A stretch of 64,000 nt of DNA from NCBI GenBank assembly GCA_037379345.1, contig CM074522.1, positions 24,304,001-24,368,000 of the forward strand. The letters are read 5' to 3'. Every line of letters begins with the position of its first letter. Position 1 is the first letter of the stretch. The notes below the pieces were generated by a model that worked only from the letters and a program-made list of their open reading frames with translations, searched no databases and was not told where the DNA came from. Positions 38,201 to 47,100 of this stretch are shown here, in pieces. Position numbers and translations under genes: made by a program. The DNA comes from Perna viridis. Lineage: Eukaryota.

Positions 38201-40192
38201 GCAAAATAAACACAGATCGGTTTTCGGGTTTCAACGCTTTTAGCAGTAAATTCCGGGAAAATACTTTTTCTGTAACAATAATTATACGCCGGATTGCTAC
38301 AGTTAGTTGATTGCAAATTCGCCAGAAATTACAACACCAGTAATGTTATTGATTTGAGATATGTACTCACATTACGAACGCTCTTAATGTACTCACCTTA
38401 ACAATCCATTAATTTTCTCAATCACGTCGTATGTTCGAAATCATTTTCTTCCTAAAGTATTGTTTTCGCATATTTAACTTCTATTTCATGACACATAAAG
38501 TGTTTTTGCTTTTCTTTAATTTTCAGTGCATATAAAAAGTTGGAAGATAACGTTGTATGGAACAGAAACAGATCCTCGACAAGGTATTTAAACAAAGATC
38601 TATTAATGGGAATGTACTGCGCGCTGCTGATTGTTACTATGGATATTTCCCAGTTTTTTTTGGGGGGGGCGGGACTGGGGGGGGGGGGGGGGCTCATGCC
38701 TATACAATCAAAATATCAATAATTACAAGGCCAATTCATTATCCTCGTTAGATCAGAACATATGATAGTACATATTTTGATGTAATGCAATTGTAACTAA
38801 TAACTCAAAATTTATATGTTGTATAATTCATGGCAATGCCAGGTTGCACTTTAAGAAAAAAATATCTATCTCGTATGATTGGTATAGTCATATCTGACTG
38901 TTCATTTGTACGAAACTTTCTTGGCTGTTTTTTTTTAATCTATGTGTTCCAAAAACTGTGTCTAATTTGGTACGATATTTTAGTCATTTAGTTTCATACT
39001 CGTCATAGTCTATGAATGTAAGTAGATTTGAATGTTACAAATTAACAATTTTTTGCATAATTGGCATTGAATCACCCATTCCAAAGTCTTTAATTGACGA
39101 ACTTTGTTTTACTTCATTTGTAAATACATACATTTTATCAACGTTCTAAGTAAAATTCAATCTGAACCCAGATTACTGTGGAAATACTTTAATTCGTTGG
39201 TACCAATTTTCATGGTTTATGGAAGAAACTTCTGCTGTAGAATATTGAATTTGTTGATTCGACAACTTAGTTTAATAAATGAATGAAACATTAACTTTCC
39301 GGTGGGGATCTAACTTTCATGGTTTATCAAACAAACCAAAACCATGAAAATTGGGACCCAACGAACAATGATACTTTCACAGCACTTCTTTCGATTTATG
39401 CAGTTGTACAGCTAACATAAATTTGAAATATCCAACATAACGGGCAAAATAATTAACTTTAGTAAATTTTGTACGACAGAGCATTACAAGGGAATTAAAT
39501 GATTGTTCTTTTATGTAAAAAATATGTATAGAGCAGAATACTATAAACTTGTCGATTTTCGTTATTTACGCAGAGGACAAACAAAAAAAAAAAAAAAAAC
39601 GTTTACAGTACTAAATCCTTGACGTAATATTAATCTGGTGTATTTGCTAAATTTTTTATATTAAACCAATTTCCGTATTAATGTTTACATATTGATTTTA
39701 GATCAAGTAAATGATGGTTCATCTCCACCATCAACGTCTTCTGATTCACCGATTACAGTTACTTATGTATCAGATACAAAAACAGCAGAAACAACAAAAA
39801 CAACTACTGATGAACACGAAACTACTACGGATACACCAGTAACAACCACCGATTCGCCAACAACAACTTCGGATACTATTATACAAGAAACAACTACAGA
39901 TACACTAGTACTGGAAACAACTACAGATACACTAGCACAGGAAACAACTACAGATACACTAGCACAGGAAACAACTACAGGTACTCTAGTACTAGAAACA
40001 ACCATAGTTGCTCGAGCAACAACCAATGATATTCCGACTACTTCAGATGTAACGAGGCCTGCCCAGTCTACAGCGATAACGGGTAGTGCATCATCGACAG
40101 AGCTAAATTTTGATTCTGGTAGCATCCGTACTATTAATTATAGCATATACATTATAATGATATTATTGATCTTATCAGTTTTAATAATTTGA
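1453..40192 (+). CDS. Furin/kexin-like proprotein convertase (S8B + P domain), 14 exons, ~788 aa, with mucin stalk and predicted GPI signal
   Basis: Exons 1453-1782, 5629-5745, 6403-6483, 7568-7696, 10934-10998, 13277-13365, 18367-18539, 25351-25554, 25911-26014, 28300-28409, 34465-34570, 35711-36021, 38527-38583, 39702-40192. All introns GT-AG with matching phase; total 2367 nt, no internal stop. Motifs: AIVDDG (Asp), RHGTQVAG (His), SNSWGP, AAGNGG (oxyanion Asn), GTSYSTP (Ser), LTWRDIQH, LEHV...SPFGT...WKFMSVHFWWE (P domain). Confidence 0.93.
3128..3610. mobile_element. MITE with ~65-bp TIRs and 9-bp TSD
   Basis: TIR CATCCTCCCAAGTCAGGG...GACATAACTCATTCAT and its inverse; TSD CTCTGAGAT at 3119-3127 and 3611-3619. 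Confidence 0.9.
5629..5745 (+). CDS. Convertase exon 2 (prodomain, RKSRTKR)
   Basis: ttttttcag| acceptor and |gtaagt donor; 39 codons; prodomain-like ...RTKRSIS... Confidence 0.85.
5978..6192 (+). mobile_element. ~210-bp MITE family (Kolobok-like termini); other copies 18086-18300 and 52753-52951 (inverted)
   Basis: TIR (TTAA)GGAGGTAGACC / GGTCTACCTCC(TTAA); shared body taacttggactgatttcattctg...gaaagcttgatagg. Confidence 0.7.
6403..6483 (+). CDS. Convertase exon 3 (IISVEQSVAHIRKTR/TLDPEWKNLWHL)
   Basis: Matches furin WLEQQVAKRRTKR...DPKFPQQWYL; ctag| acceptor and |gtaag donor. Confidence 0.9.
7568..7696 (+). CDS. Convertase exon 4 (catalytic Asp)
   Basis: [31 protein letters not shown]. 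Confidence 0.95.
8134..8175. repeat. (TA)n microsatellite
   Basis: Direct reading. Confidence 0.95.
9122..10068. mobile_element. Foldback-type element, almost entirely an imperfect inverted repeat (~950 bp)
   Basis: Arms pair from the ends (taaaagtcgcgaaa / tttcgcgactttta) to near the centre (catgttgacttttt / aaaaagtcaacatg). Confidence 0.85.
10934..10998 (+). CDS. Convertase exon 5
   Basis: DTANDKDVYGGDNDPYPPTGD; phase 0 to 2. Confidence 0.9.
11690..12070 (+). repeat. Degenerate satellite-like tandem repeat, 3 units of ~145-175 bp
   Basis: gaatttNgactgaa...cagtNacNNNNatgata at ~11697, ~11843 and ~12019. Confidence 0.7.
12091..12520 (+). mobile_element. tRNA-Leu-containing ~410-bp element (family B), copy 1
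   Basis: tRNA-like segment 12361-12454 with A box and B box (GTTCGAGTC); terminal direct repeat ggaatttttcaNacc at 12091 and 12505. Confidence 0.8.
13277..13365 (+). CDS. Convertase exon 6 (catalytic His)
   Basis: RHGTQVAGLAVAVKDNNICTVGTAFKATLIG. Confidence 0.93.
13895..14637 (-). mobile_element. Non-autonomous Helentron (HINE)-like element with ~155-175-bp tandem core
   Basis: Ends AACAAGAGG... and ...GGCCTTCGGCCAGGTGAGCTAA; (GAC/GACG)n microsatellite; three aagggcaataactc-type units. Related copy at 60073-60700. Confidence 0.75.
14900..18050 (-). mobile_element. Decayed CR1-clade LINE (ORF1 remnant, APE endonuclease, RT)
   Basis: KCIYTNADSFINKFDELK (APE); KSTGSDKIHP...LFKKGD...NYRPVCLTSVICKIMEK (RT); GHCMKVVKRRCRLDVQKYF (CR1 C-terminus); many stops and frameshifts. 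Confidence 0.85.
16778..16907. mobile_element. 130-bp palindromic MITE (PIF/Harbinger-like ends) nested in the CR1
   Basis: GGCGTCGATTTCACAAAAAGTCGTAAGTGTAAA ... TTTACACTTACGACCTTTTGTGTAATCGACGCC. Confidence 0.8.
18367..18539 (+). CDS. Convertase exon 7 (SWGP, substrate-binding loops)
   Basis: IRLIGIYAVDDDEEASALSHFSEGVDIYSNSWGPQDKTGFGKPGTITNMALKEGVTT. Confidence 0.94.
18838..19060 (+). mobile_element. Family B tRNA-containing element, 5'-truncated copy
   Basis: gctgaccgagtggtctagggcgctggac...gagttcgagtcccgcggagggaacgac. Confidence 0.8.
19285..19710 (-). mobile_element. Family A PLE 3' end with RT C-terminus
   Basis: Translates GYVATRLKSSLQKFYGRHRELVD..., followed by the conserved 3' region. 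Confidence 0.8.
21807..22286 (+). mobile_element. ~480-bp non-autonomous retroposon (family C) with (CAAT)n tail and 11-bp TSD
   Basis: TSD TCCTAAGGCAA at 21796-21806 and 22287-22297; tail GGCGTTAAACCCCAACAATTAATCAATCAATC. Confidence 0.85.
22556..22588 (+). ncRNA. Degenerate minimal type-I hammerhead ribozyme in the Penelope 3' region
   Basis: CCC-CTGACGA-AGGCC-ATAA-GGCT-AAAA-TTT-GGG; the expected CGAAA has become TAAAA. Confidence 0.6.
23617..24063 (+). mobile_element. Family C retroposon, divergent second copy
   Basis: Shares blocks AAGCTTGTCGTAAGAGGCGACT, CTGCCCACAG, CGCAAACCATAGTGGT, GCACGTT, GGAGTAGGAACC, GGAGGCTAAA and the tail; imperfect TSD AAACAATGCTT/AAAAAATGCTT. Confidence 0.8.
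25351..25554 (+). CDS. Convertase exon 8 (oxyanion Asn)
   Basis: [35 protein letters not shown]...WYAEVC. Confidence 0.95.
25911..26014 (+). CDS. Convertase exon 9 (catalytic Ser)
   Basis: TTTTTSAGCTINNIQGTSYSTPLVSGIIALTLEAN. Confidence 0.95.
26360..26800 (+). mobile_element. Interspersed repeat fragment with ~85-bp internal duplication; second copy 49335-49500
   Basis: gtggccaga...gggttgtgatcacgccaaagta...aaccccgccgcattttttgcg shared by both loci. Confidence 0.65.
26948..27322 (+). mobile_element. MITE-like family; other copies 33108-33420 and 42471-42841 (inverted)
   Basis: Termini tttgtaagaatNatgcaaa / ttgcatgattctta and shared internal sequence. Confidence 0.6.
28300..28409 (+). CDS. 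Convertase exon 10
   Basis: NDLTWRDIQHLIV...WTMNGAGKN. Confidence 0.94.
28750..29860 (-). mobile_element. BEL/Pao LTR retrotransposon remnant
   Basis: ELQVFSDTS...IAAAVYLR...LGKAKVAPKP...ELYTAVLAVE (Pao RNase H region); YRSQWKRVQSLAQTFW and PVGAII...DNRARKAEV...PVTEI (integrase C-terminus). LTR boundary uncertain. Confidence 0.75.
30490..31050 (-). mobile_element. Family A PLE 3' portion (Naiad-like, RT C-terminus)
   Basis: SQLIHNGRYCHTYADFLCRARLLTMRLLEQDYVATRLKSSLHKFYG...LVDRY; the ORF ends with no downstream endonuclease. Confidence 0.8.
32265..33017. mobile_element. Family B compound insertion: 1.3 tandem units (-) plus inverted partial copy (+), in (TA)n
   Basis: aacgtctcag recurs at 32265 and 32675 (period 410); strand switch near 32852; TA tracts on both flanks. 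Confidence 0.85.
33505..33750 (-). mobile_element. Family A PLE 3' end; further copies at ~4640-4760, 27935-28100, 42147-42350, 43376-43505, 53565-53720
   Basis: Close match to the shared core. Confidence 0.8.
34465..34570 (+). CDS. Convertase exon 11
   Basis: VSQVLGFGLIDAHAMVNSGKTWSTVPPQQMCEQTKP. Confidence 0.94.
35050..35214 (+). repeat. 54-bp tandem repeat x3
   Basis: aactaatcttctgtgggctccggtataacgttta...agataaatcaa at 35050, 35104 and 35158. Confidence 0.9.
35711..36021 (+). CDS. Convertase exon 12 (P domain)
   Basis: YLEHVTVDVTFYYSRFRGNTLIYLISPFGTRSNLL...WKFMSVHFWWEKPHGTWILEV. Confidence 0.94.
36659..36792 (+). repeat. 67-bp near-perfect tandem duplication
   Basis: tactttcgtaagcagaatggacaat...cagacatgaagt at 36659 and 36726. 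Confidence 0.9.
38527..38583 (+). CDS. Convertase exon 13 (end of P domain)
   Basis: VHIKSWKITLYGTETDPRQ carries the W.L.LYGT motif; phase 1/1. Confidence 0.9.
39174..39382. mobile_element. Tc1/mariner-type MITE
   Basis: Inverted ends tactgtg...ttcgttggtaccaattttcatggttt / aaaccatgaaaattgggacccaacgaa...cacagca. Confidence 0.6.
39702..40192 (+). CDS. Convertase exon 14: Thr-rich stalk + C-terminal hydrophobic (GPI-type) signal
   Basis: ttttag| acceptor, phase 1 matching exon 13; ETTTDTLxx repeats; ends DSGSIRTINYSIYIIMILLILSVLII-stop. Confidence 0.8.
39887..40003 (+). repeat. Coding 27-nt minisatellite (ETTTDTLVL/ETTTDTLAQ, ~4.3 units)
   Basis: gaaacaactacagatacactag... recurs at 27-nt spacing. 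Confidence 0.9.
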
Positions 40193-40388
40193 TTTGAAAT
40201 TGATGCCATGAGTTAGGATATAGATTGATAGGATTGACTGTCTTTCCTTACTTTCTACCGCCTGTACTTTCTGCCTTCCTTCCGACAACATCTTAATTAT
40301 TTTTTGCAATATGTATATATGCTGTTTTACGTTTGATTACTTTCTGTGATACATTGTGTATGGAGGGTTAGAACATAAGTACCAAACT

Positions 40389-40394
40389 AATAAA
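40389..40394 (+). terminator. Candidate polyadenylation signal of the convertase gene
   Basis: First AATAAA, ~200 nt after the stop codon. Confidence 0.4.
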
Positions 40395-43300
40395 ATATAG
40401 GTAGTTGTCAAAAAGGAAAATATGTATAACAAATGGCAATATCAGGGCAAAAACCGGAATTTGGAAAACAACTGAAGTGTTCCTGACCTGGTGCAGGCAT
40501 TTCAATATGAAAGCTGGATTAAAACAGGTTTAATAGCAAACTAAATCTCCCGCTACAATACTGCTGGAAGGAGTGTGATCAAACTTGGCATGACCTTCAC
40601 TTACAATATCCTTATTTATCTGTGTGTATTAATTTACGATCTGGCGATAAACCATGGCCATTCGTCAACAAATGGTTCTAAGTAAGCTAAGTTCTAAGAT
40701 ACGCAAGAAAACTAAGGTTCTATCATTGATTAAATGATTTCTGTGACATAGGAACAGTATGGTCAACAGTCCAATTTTGAGTTATTGCTTTAATTTATAA
40801 GACTTAAAAAGGCTAATTATGACCAGTTGAGCAATTCAGGCTTTCGACAGCCTCTAGTTTGTTTACTTGACCCAAACCTCCAACAGGCTTACAGTCCCTG
40901 AAGCGATCCCGGCAACGCTTTGACGGATCGATGACCGTTGACTGGTGACCGATCTGATCGCAGTTTTGTTATGTAAAATGACGAATGAATCGTAAAAATT
41001 AAACACATGTACAAAAAAGTATATTAAAAAGTAAATTGATGTTCAAATTTATTGCATAATGTAAATATGTGTAAAATTGACAGAGAAAACACTGGAAACT
41101 GTAAAATATATTGACCGCTCTGTGGTCACGTGATGCGATCACCGGTTTGATAGGTAGGTTTGACGGATCGATGACTGATCGGAATTTTTGTTGTACGGAT
41201 CGGTTCAGGTACTGTATCAAGGCTGGCGAGCGATACTGACTCGGTAGAGATTTTGTTGATATATAGGTAAATGAAGGCGATAAAAATGAAATGATTCTGG
41301 TGCAAAAAAAGTTCTTTCATATTTAAACATTAGATCAAAACACAACCATTCGAAGTCAACAAAATATTGAATCAAATTGAAAAAAGAACATTAACCCAAT
41401 GACATGACTAAGGTTCTTTATAATGCCATGAGGTTCATTTATGTCTAAACTAAAACAAACATCTCACGACAGAGAAATAGATTTAAAGAAACTATACAGT
41501 GAAACAATAATGCATGGGTGCACAATTAAAGTGGGAAATAAATGTACATCGCGAATAACTAAGAAAATCCATAGAATGTCTTTAACACGTCGGACTCCAA
41601 ACAATAACCAACATTTCTAATAGATTTGAAACAACTGACACATCTCAAGTCTCCTACCTCAAGGCATAGAGTGAATATGGTAATAATAACACAGGCTCAT
41701 AAAACAACTTAGACTCCTAAAACAGCCCATAGAATAAATTTGAAACATCATATAGGAATAGGTTTGACTCCTGACATAATTCATACAAAAAGTCTGATTG
41801 TAACAGTAGTTCCCGGAATGTTTACTAAAACGGTAATTTCTTTTTTAAGACAAGGTTGAAATCACTTAAAAAATTTATGGACAGTAATGTTATGAGTTTC
41901 AATACCGATCAAGAAGAGTTTCTTAATTCACATCCGGTTCAGTCTGGAGTATGAATATCCAAAAGCACCAGTAAAAACAAACAACAGACACAGCTAATCC
42001 GGTTTAAATCGAAACCGTATTTGACTTTATAATTATTGTTATTCTCAGACGATTGCTATGCGTAGAATACAGTCATCAAACTGACATAGTATTCATTGAA
42101 ATACATGTGGTTTAGATAAGGTTTATGGAATGTTTAAGGTATGGTAGAGTAATAAATGGAACCAAGGTTATAGCGGTAATCAAAAGAATGTAAACAAGGG
42201 GCAAATACCAGACATGGAAAACAGACATACACAACAAAGAACATAAAGTAACTGAAATCATACATACAAAGTAACAAAAGCAAATGAGAAACTCGGACTC
42301 CTGTAAAAACTGTGAGCATGGACCAGGTGCACCGGTAGAGTAAGCGTCATTTGGTAAAAACAAATTACGATGTACACATCAAAATCAAACAATTGTTATT
42401 TTGTGGCTAGAGAGAAAAAGCAGACAGTTATTTAAAGATTAAATCTCTGAAAGCATTAAGTACCACTGCGGTTAAATATCATGCAAATGTGATTCATGTC
42501 TGAAAAGCCTACATGTTTTTCATTTTAATAATTTGTTTGAATTGTAATAGTAACACAGAAATTAATATTGCGTTTTTCATATAACCTGTGTTCTTAGGGA
42601 ATAAAAATTATATAGAATGCAATAAAGATGTCAAAATCAAGGGAGATAACTCTGACACTCAAAAAACGATATAATCGATTGGATGTCTGATGTTGATTAT
42701 CTCCTGAGAACAGAGAGATTGGAATAAATAATTACACATTAAATAATAAATACCCATAAAACAAGTTAATTACAAAAATAACAATATGTAGCCTTTTTAA
42801 AGGTCTATCACATTTTCAGTCTTTGCATGATTCTTACAAACTTGAAGACAGTTACTTAAATCATCTTTATTTATAAAATAAAAAACCGTCTATAAAATAA
42901 TTCAAGTTTCCTTTCAGTATGAAGGCTTTTGTTATTGCAGTTACAACCATTTTTAGCGTATTCCAATTAAGACGATTACAAAATACAATATCTTAATTGA
43001 TTAAAAAGGACAAAAACTGTTCATTAAGATTACAACATAGGTCCGGAGGTTTATGTATTTTGACAATTTTTTAAAAAAAATAATCAAATTAGAAAAAAGA
43101 AAGAAAAAAAAAACACACATCATTTTGACATTTATTTATTTTTATTAAAAAAATCATTTTGATTTTTCATTGTAATGCAGCAACTCTTCCCTGTATTAAA
43201 CGCTCAATTCTCCCTTCCACATTTTTCCGTTCCCCTGGCCCAGCGTCACATTGTCCATGCCATATTCATACTAATCATTATTTACGCGTAATAAATATTG

Positions 43301-43950
43301 TTCATATATATAAGGACATTTAAGGGGTAGAAACTTTTATTGAATACAATATTTTACATATAGCAATGTGATAAAGAGTAATCAAGGGAATCAAGATTCT
43401 AGCGGAAATCAAAATAATGTATTCCAGGGAGAAAGACCAGACATGGAAAACAGAAAAACACAACAAAGAACACAAAGTAACTAAATAGTACATACAAAGT
43501 AACAACTTCGTTTAGTATCAATGTGTGCCAAATCAATTGCAATTTCAATTTTTCCAATCTCAATTTCCAATTCTCCATAACCGCATGCCCCATGTCTCAA
43601 TGCAGTTGCTCGATACCGTATTCGGGTACGGTAATAACTCGAATATTGATTTCTTTCTATCATTCTGTCTTGATTTGTAAGCACATATCTGATACACTCG
43701 TTCAAACCAACCGCGATTTCCGCTTCGATAACCTTGTCATCTATATTACCACAGAAATACGTCAATCAATCGCAAGCAATTACAACATATTCTCGAAATA
43801 ACATTATAATGATTATAATCAAAATTCTTGTCGAACTCAAATTCGAATATAACACTTTTATAATTATATAGGCTGATATCTTTGGCGAATCTTAGATTGT
43901 CTTCAGATTTTCGAGTATTTATTAGTTGTATATATTTTCCGCTTGCTTAG

Positions 43951-43956
43951 TATAAA
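43951..43956 (+). promoter_or_regulatory. Candidate TATA box of the Ig-SRCR gene
   Basis: TATAAA ~160 nt upstream of ATG 44110; the AT-rich background makes this weak. Confidence 0.3.
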
Positions 43957-44109
43957 CGCTTGACTACCTGTCAATTAAGATTATATGAAGATGTAAACTC
44001 CTACGCCTTGGAAATTTTTGTTTGGAATGAAGCCAAAATGTATCATATGAATAATGTTTTAAACAGAATGTTTTGAAACTATTGCTAAGCATAACTGATT
44101 TACGAAATA

Positions 44110-44191
44110 ATGGAAATGATTGCCTGCCTTTTGATTTTATATCTTCAGGGACACTCCGCTTCTGCGGTTTTCCGACCAGAACAACAAGACT
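44110..44191 (+). CDS. Ig-SRCR exon 1 (signal peptide MEMIACLLILYLQGHSASA)
   Basis: In-frame upstream TAA (44092), hydrophobic core, ASA cleavage motif; |gtaagt donor in phase 1 matches the next exon. Confidence 0.75.
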
Positions 44192-47100
44192 GTAAGTAAT
44201 TTCAGTTATATTTAACCTAGAGATAAATGTAAGCAATTTTTCTAAATGCAACTGAAATAATAAAACTAACACCTATTTTGAACTTAAATATACCTCTACG
44301 TACAAACAAAATTCCGAGTACAGTTCAAATCTATATCATACTTTCAACTGGCGTGTATCATTTTTCATCACGGTCGTGTTTCACGTTTCTCACATGCATG
44401 TATCATTTTTCTTCACTTGAGTGTATCATACCTACCACTAACGTGTATCATTTTCATCACGGGCGTGTATCATACATGTACCTACTACTGGCGGGTACCA
44501 TTTTTCATCACGGGCGTGTATTATACATGTACCTACTACTGGCGTGTATCATTTTCCTCACCGGCATGTATCATACTTACCACTGGCGTGTATCATTTTT
44601 CATCACAGTCGTGTGTCGTGTTTGTCACATGCATGTTTCTTTTTAAATCACGGGAGTGTATCATGTTTATCGAAGATGTCTATTTTTTTTGTTATTTAGA
44701 CATTGTCATAATTATTTGTAAGAAAAGGAGTACAAGGATATTATATTCCTTACCGCTATCTATAGTTCATGTAGAATTGATACAAAGAATACATGGAGTA
44801 CATTTTTCATTTAACGGAGGTTAGGGGACTGGCACTTGGGCAATTAAATATAGGACAGAGGTGATAGGCAATAAATAGGCGCATAATGATGTGGAAGAAT
44901 TTTTAGTTTGATTATAAATGTAAAATATTGTAACAAACAAAGTTTATGATGTAAAATTTTTATATAACGATTTATAATAATTTGGAGGTACATGTAACTC
45001 TTTTCGTAATAATTGTCACAAAATTGTTTCATACAATGTTACACGTTGTTTTTTAGACACAGATAAGACAAGACGCACCATCAGCGCATGATAAGCCCCT
45101 TCTCCCAATTTATAACGTGTTTAGTAAGGCGCACCATTAGCGCATGATTAGCCCCTCCTCGACATTTATAATGTGTTTAGTATTTTTTGTTTGTGTAATA
45201 AAAACTGCTTTGATGATCATAGTTAATAGAGCATTTTTTTTTCCTATGTATGATTTCCCTAGAAAATCCGTGTTAAAATTGACATATTTTTTTACTATTC
45301 AGTATTTAACCTTTGTTCTTACGCCACAATATAACACTAAAATTTAACATGTTTTCCACAACAAATTGTGTTTTTAACTCCTTTTTCTTAAAGCATCAAT
45401 TTTATTCTTTTTGATAAATAATTGTTAATATTTTTCTCATGTAGGTCTTTTCTTAGTTCAGAGACATTTATCAGTCGTTGTGATACAATCATATCTTTTG
45501 CATTTAATGCATTTTTGAAGATAACAGAAAACTGTCGTAGGATAGATATAAAGTAGAAAACATTGAGGATTTATACGACTTATTATCATTAAAAAAATAA
45601 GACAATGATTAGAGATGAAATGTAGATTCAGATTTTTTTGTCCAAAGTCATTAAAGTCCCGACTGCCTCTTTCAAAAACGATCGATCGAATACCATCTAC
45701 TTAGTTATATGGCTATACTGCATCAGTATGTAATGCATAGCTATATAATTTAAAGAGAATCAATTCTAGAACTGACATGCATTGAATAAAAATAGTACAT
45801 GTTATGAAACGGCTAAAATAAAACGTAAACAAAAATAACGAGTAAGTGAACAATAACCACGCTAAAAAGATAAAATGGAACTACATGCAAATAAAATATA
45901 AATAAACGTAGAAAATAAAAGAATATGGGTCAAACTTTTCTGCCTTACGACCTGTATCAGGGCCAAAAAGTATCAAAAAACAACTGCCAACCCACACCAC
46001 AGAATAACGGTTACAATTTTGAAAGGTACCTTGTCTCTGAGCTTACTTCAGATTTTAAGTATATTGAGTATCCCCTAACCTCAGTAAATATCTTACGTTA
46101 ATTTCAGGACATAACCAAGACGGAATGTGGTTAAAATATGTTTTTCTTCCTTCTTTTTCTAGATGTTCATGAAACTCGTGGTGCTAAATTTTTGCCGCCT
46201 TATTACAGTAATTATGGTGTCTACAAACAAAGAAATGTCGCATTGAAATGCAGAGTTTCGGCTGGCGAAGGGGACAATGTAAAATTTGTGGTATGTTAAA
46301 GAAACAGCTTTATACTTGACTATATAGTTTAGAGATGTTTTGTTATTATTACCAACTTTGAGGCAATTTACCGTAATAATTGAACGTATTGAACTATTCC
46401 ATGGGACAAAAATTCTACATATCGTTTTTGTTTAGCAATTTTCCATATTTGTTATTTATATTTATCATCGATCCATAAATATTTGTTTTCATCTTAACAA
46501 TATTTTACACTTACTAATAATGCAATATTTAGTTTCTTCTAAAAAAAAACCTGGGCCAATTTGTTTTCTTCATAACCGATTTCCGAGCCCATAAAACTCC
46601 CTTTCGTTGCAATTTACCTTCGATGAGTGGAGAGTTTTCTTTATTAAAGTACTTAGTCTAACAGCTCGACAAATTGTAATTTACATTTCCATCATCTTTT
46701 GAAGCACCCATGTCACTCTTGGTTTTTGTGGAAGTTTATATGGAAAGGGCTTTATTTTTTTTGTGTGTGACACCTTGCTTTCTTAATCTCCAGAATTTAT
46801 ACGTAATCTGTTTATTTATTATTTACATTGCTTAAGTAGATCGTTTCTGTTTCCTGTTTTTTTGGATGTTGACGTATTTGAATTATTTTGACAACACTGT
46901 TGACGCTTTGGTTTCCTGGCAATATATTGCTGTCTTTATTGTCAATGTTTCTTGGATAATGAACTATCGCTTTTATAAATTGAAACCAATTTTTGTTTTC
47001 ATTTTTTTTCAGTATGTTCTTTAATTTTTGTTTATGGTATTCTTGATAAATGGTATAAGAATTCATAACTTATTAAGTACTAATTTACGTTAAAATCGGA

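Noticed and set aside
39807-39825. CTGATGA-ACAC-GAAA hammerhead-like core in exon 14
   Set aside because: No stem II; explained by the codons for T-D-E-H-E-T.
39763-40125. 120-aa Val/Ser-rich ORF on the - strand
   Set aside because: Antisense shadow of the Thr-rich coding repeat in convertase exon 14.
46108-46129. Micro-exon upstream of Ig exon 2
   Set aside because: It would leave a ~33-nt intron, and exon 44110-44191 already joins 46163 in phase.
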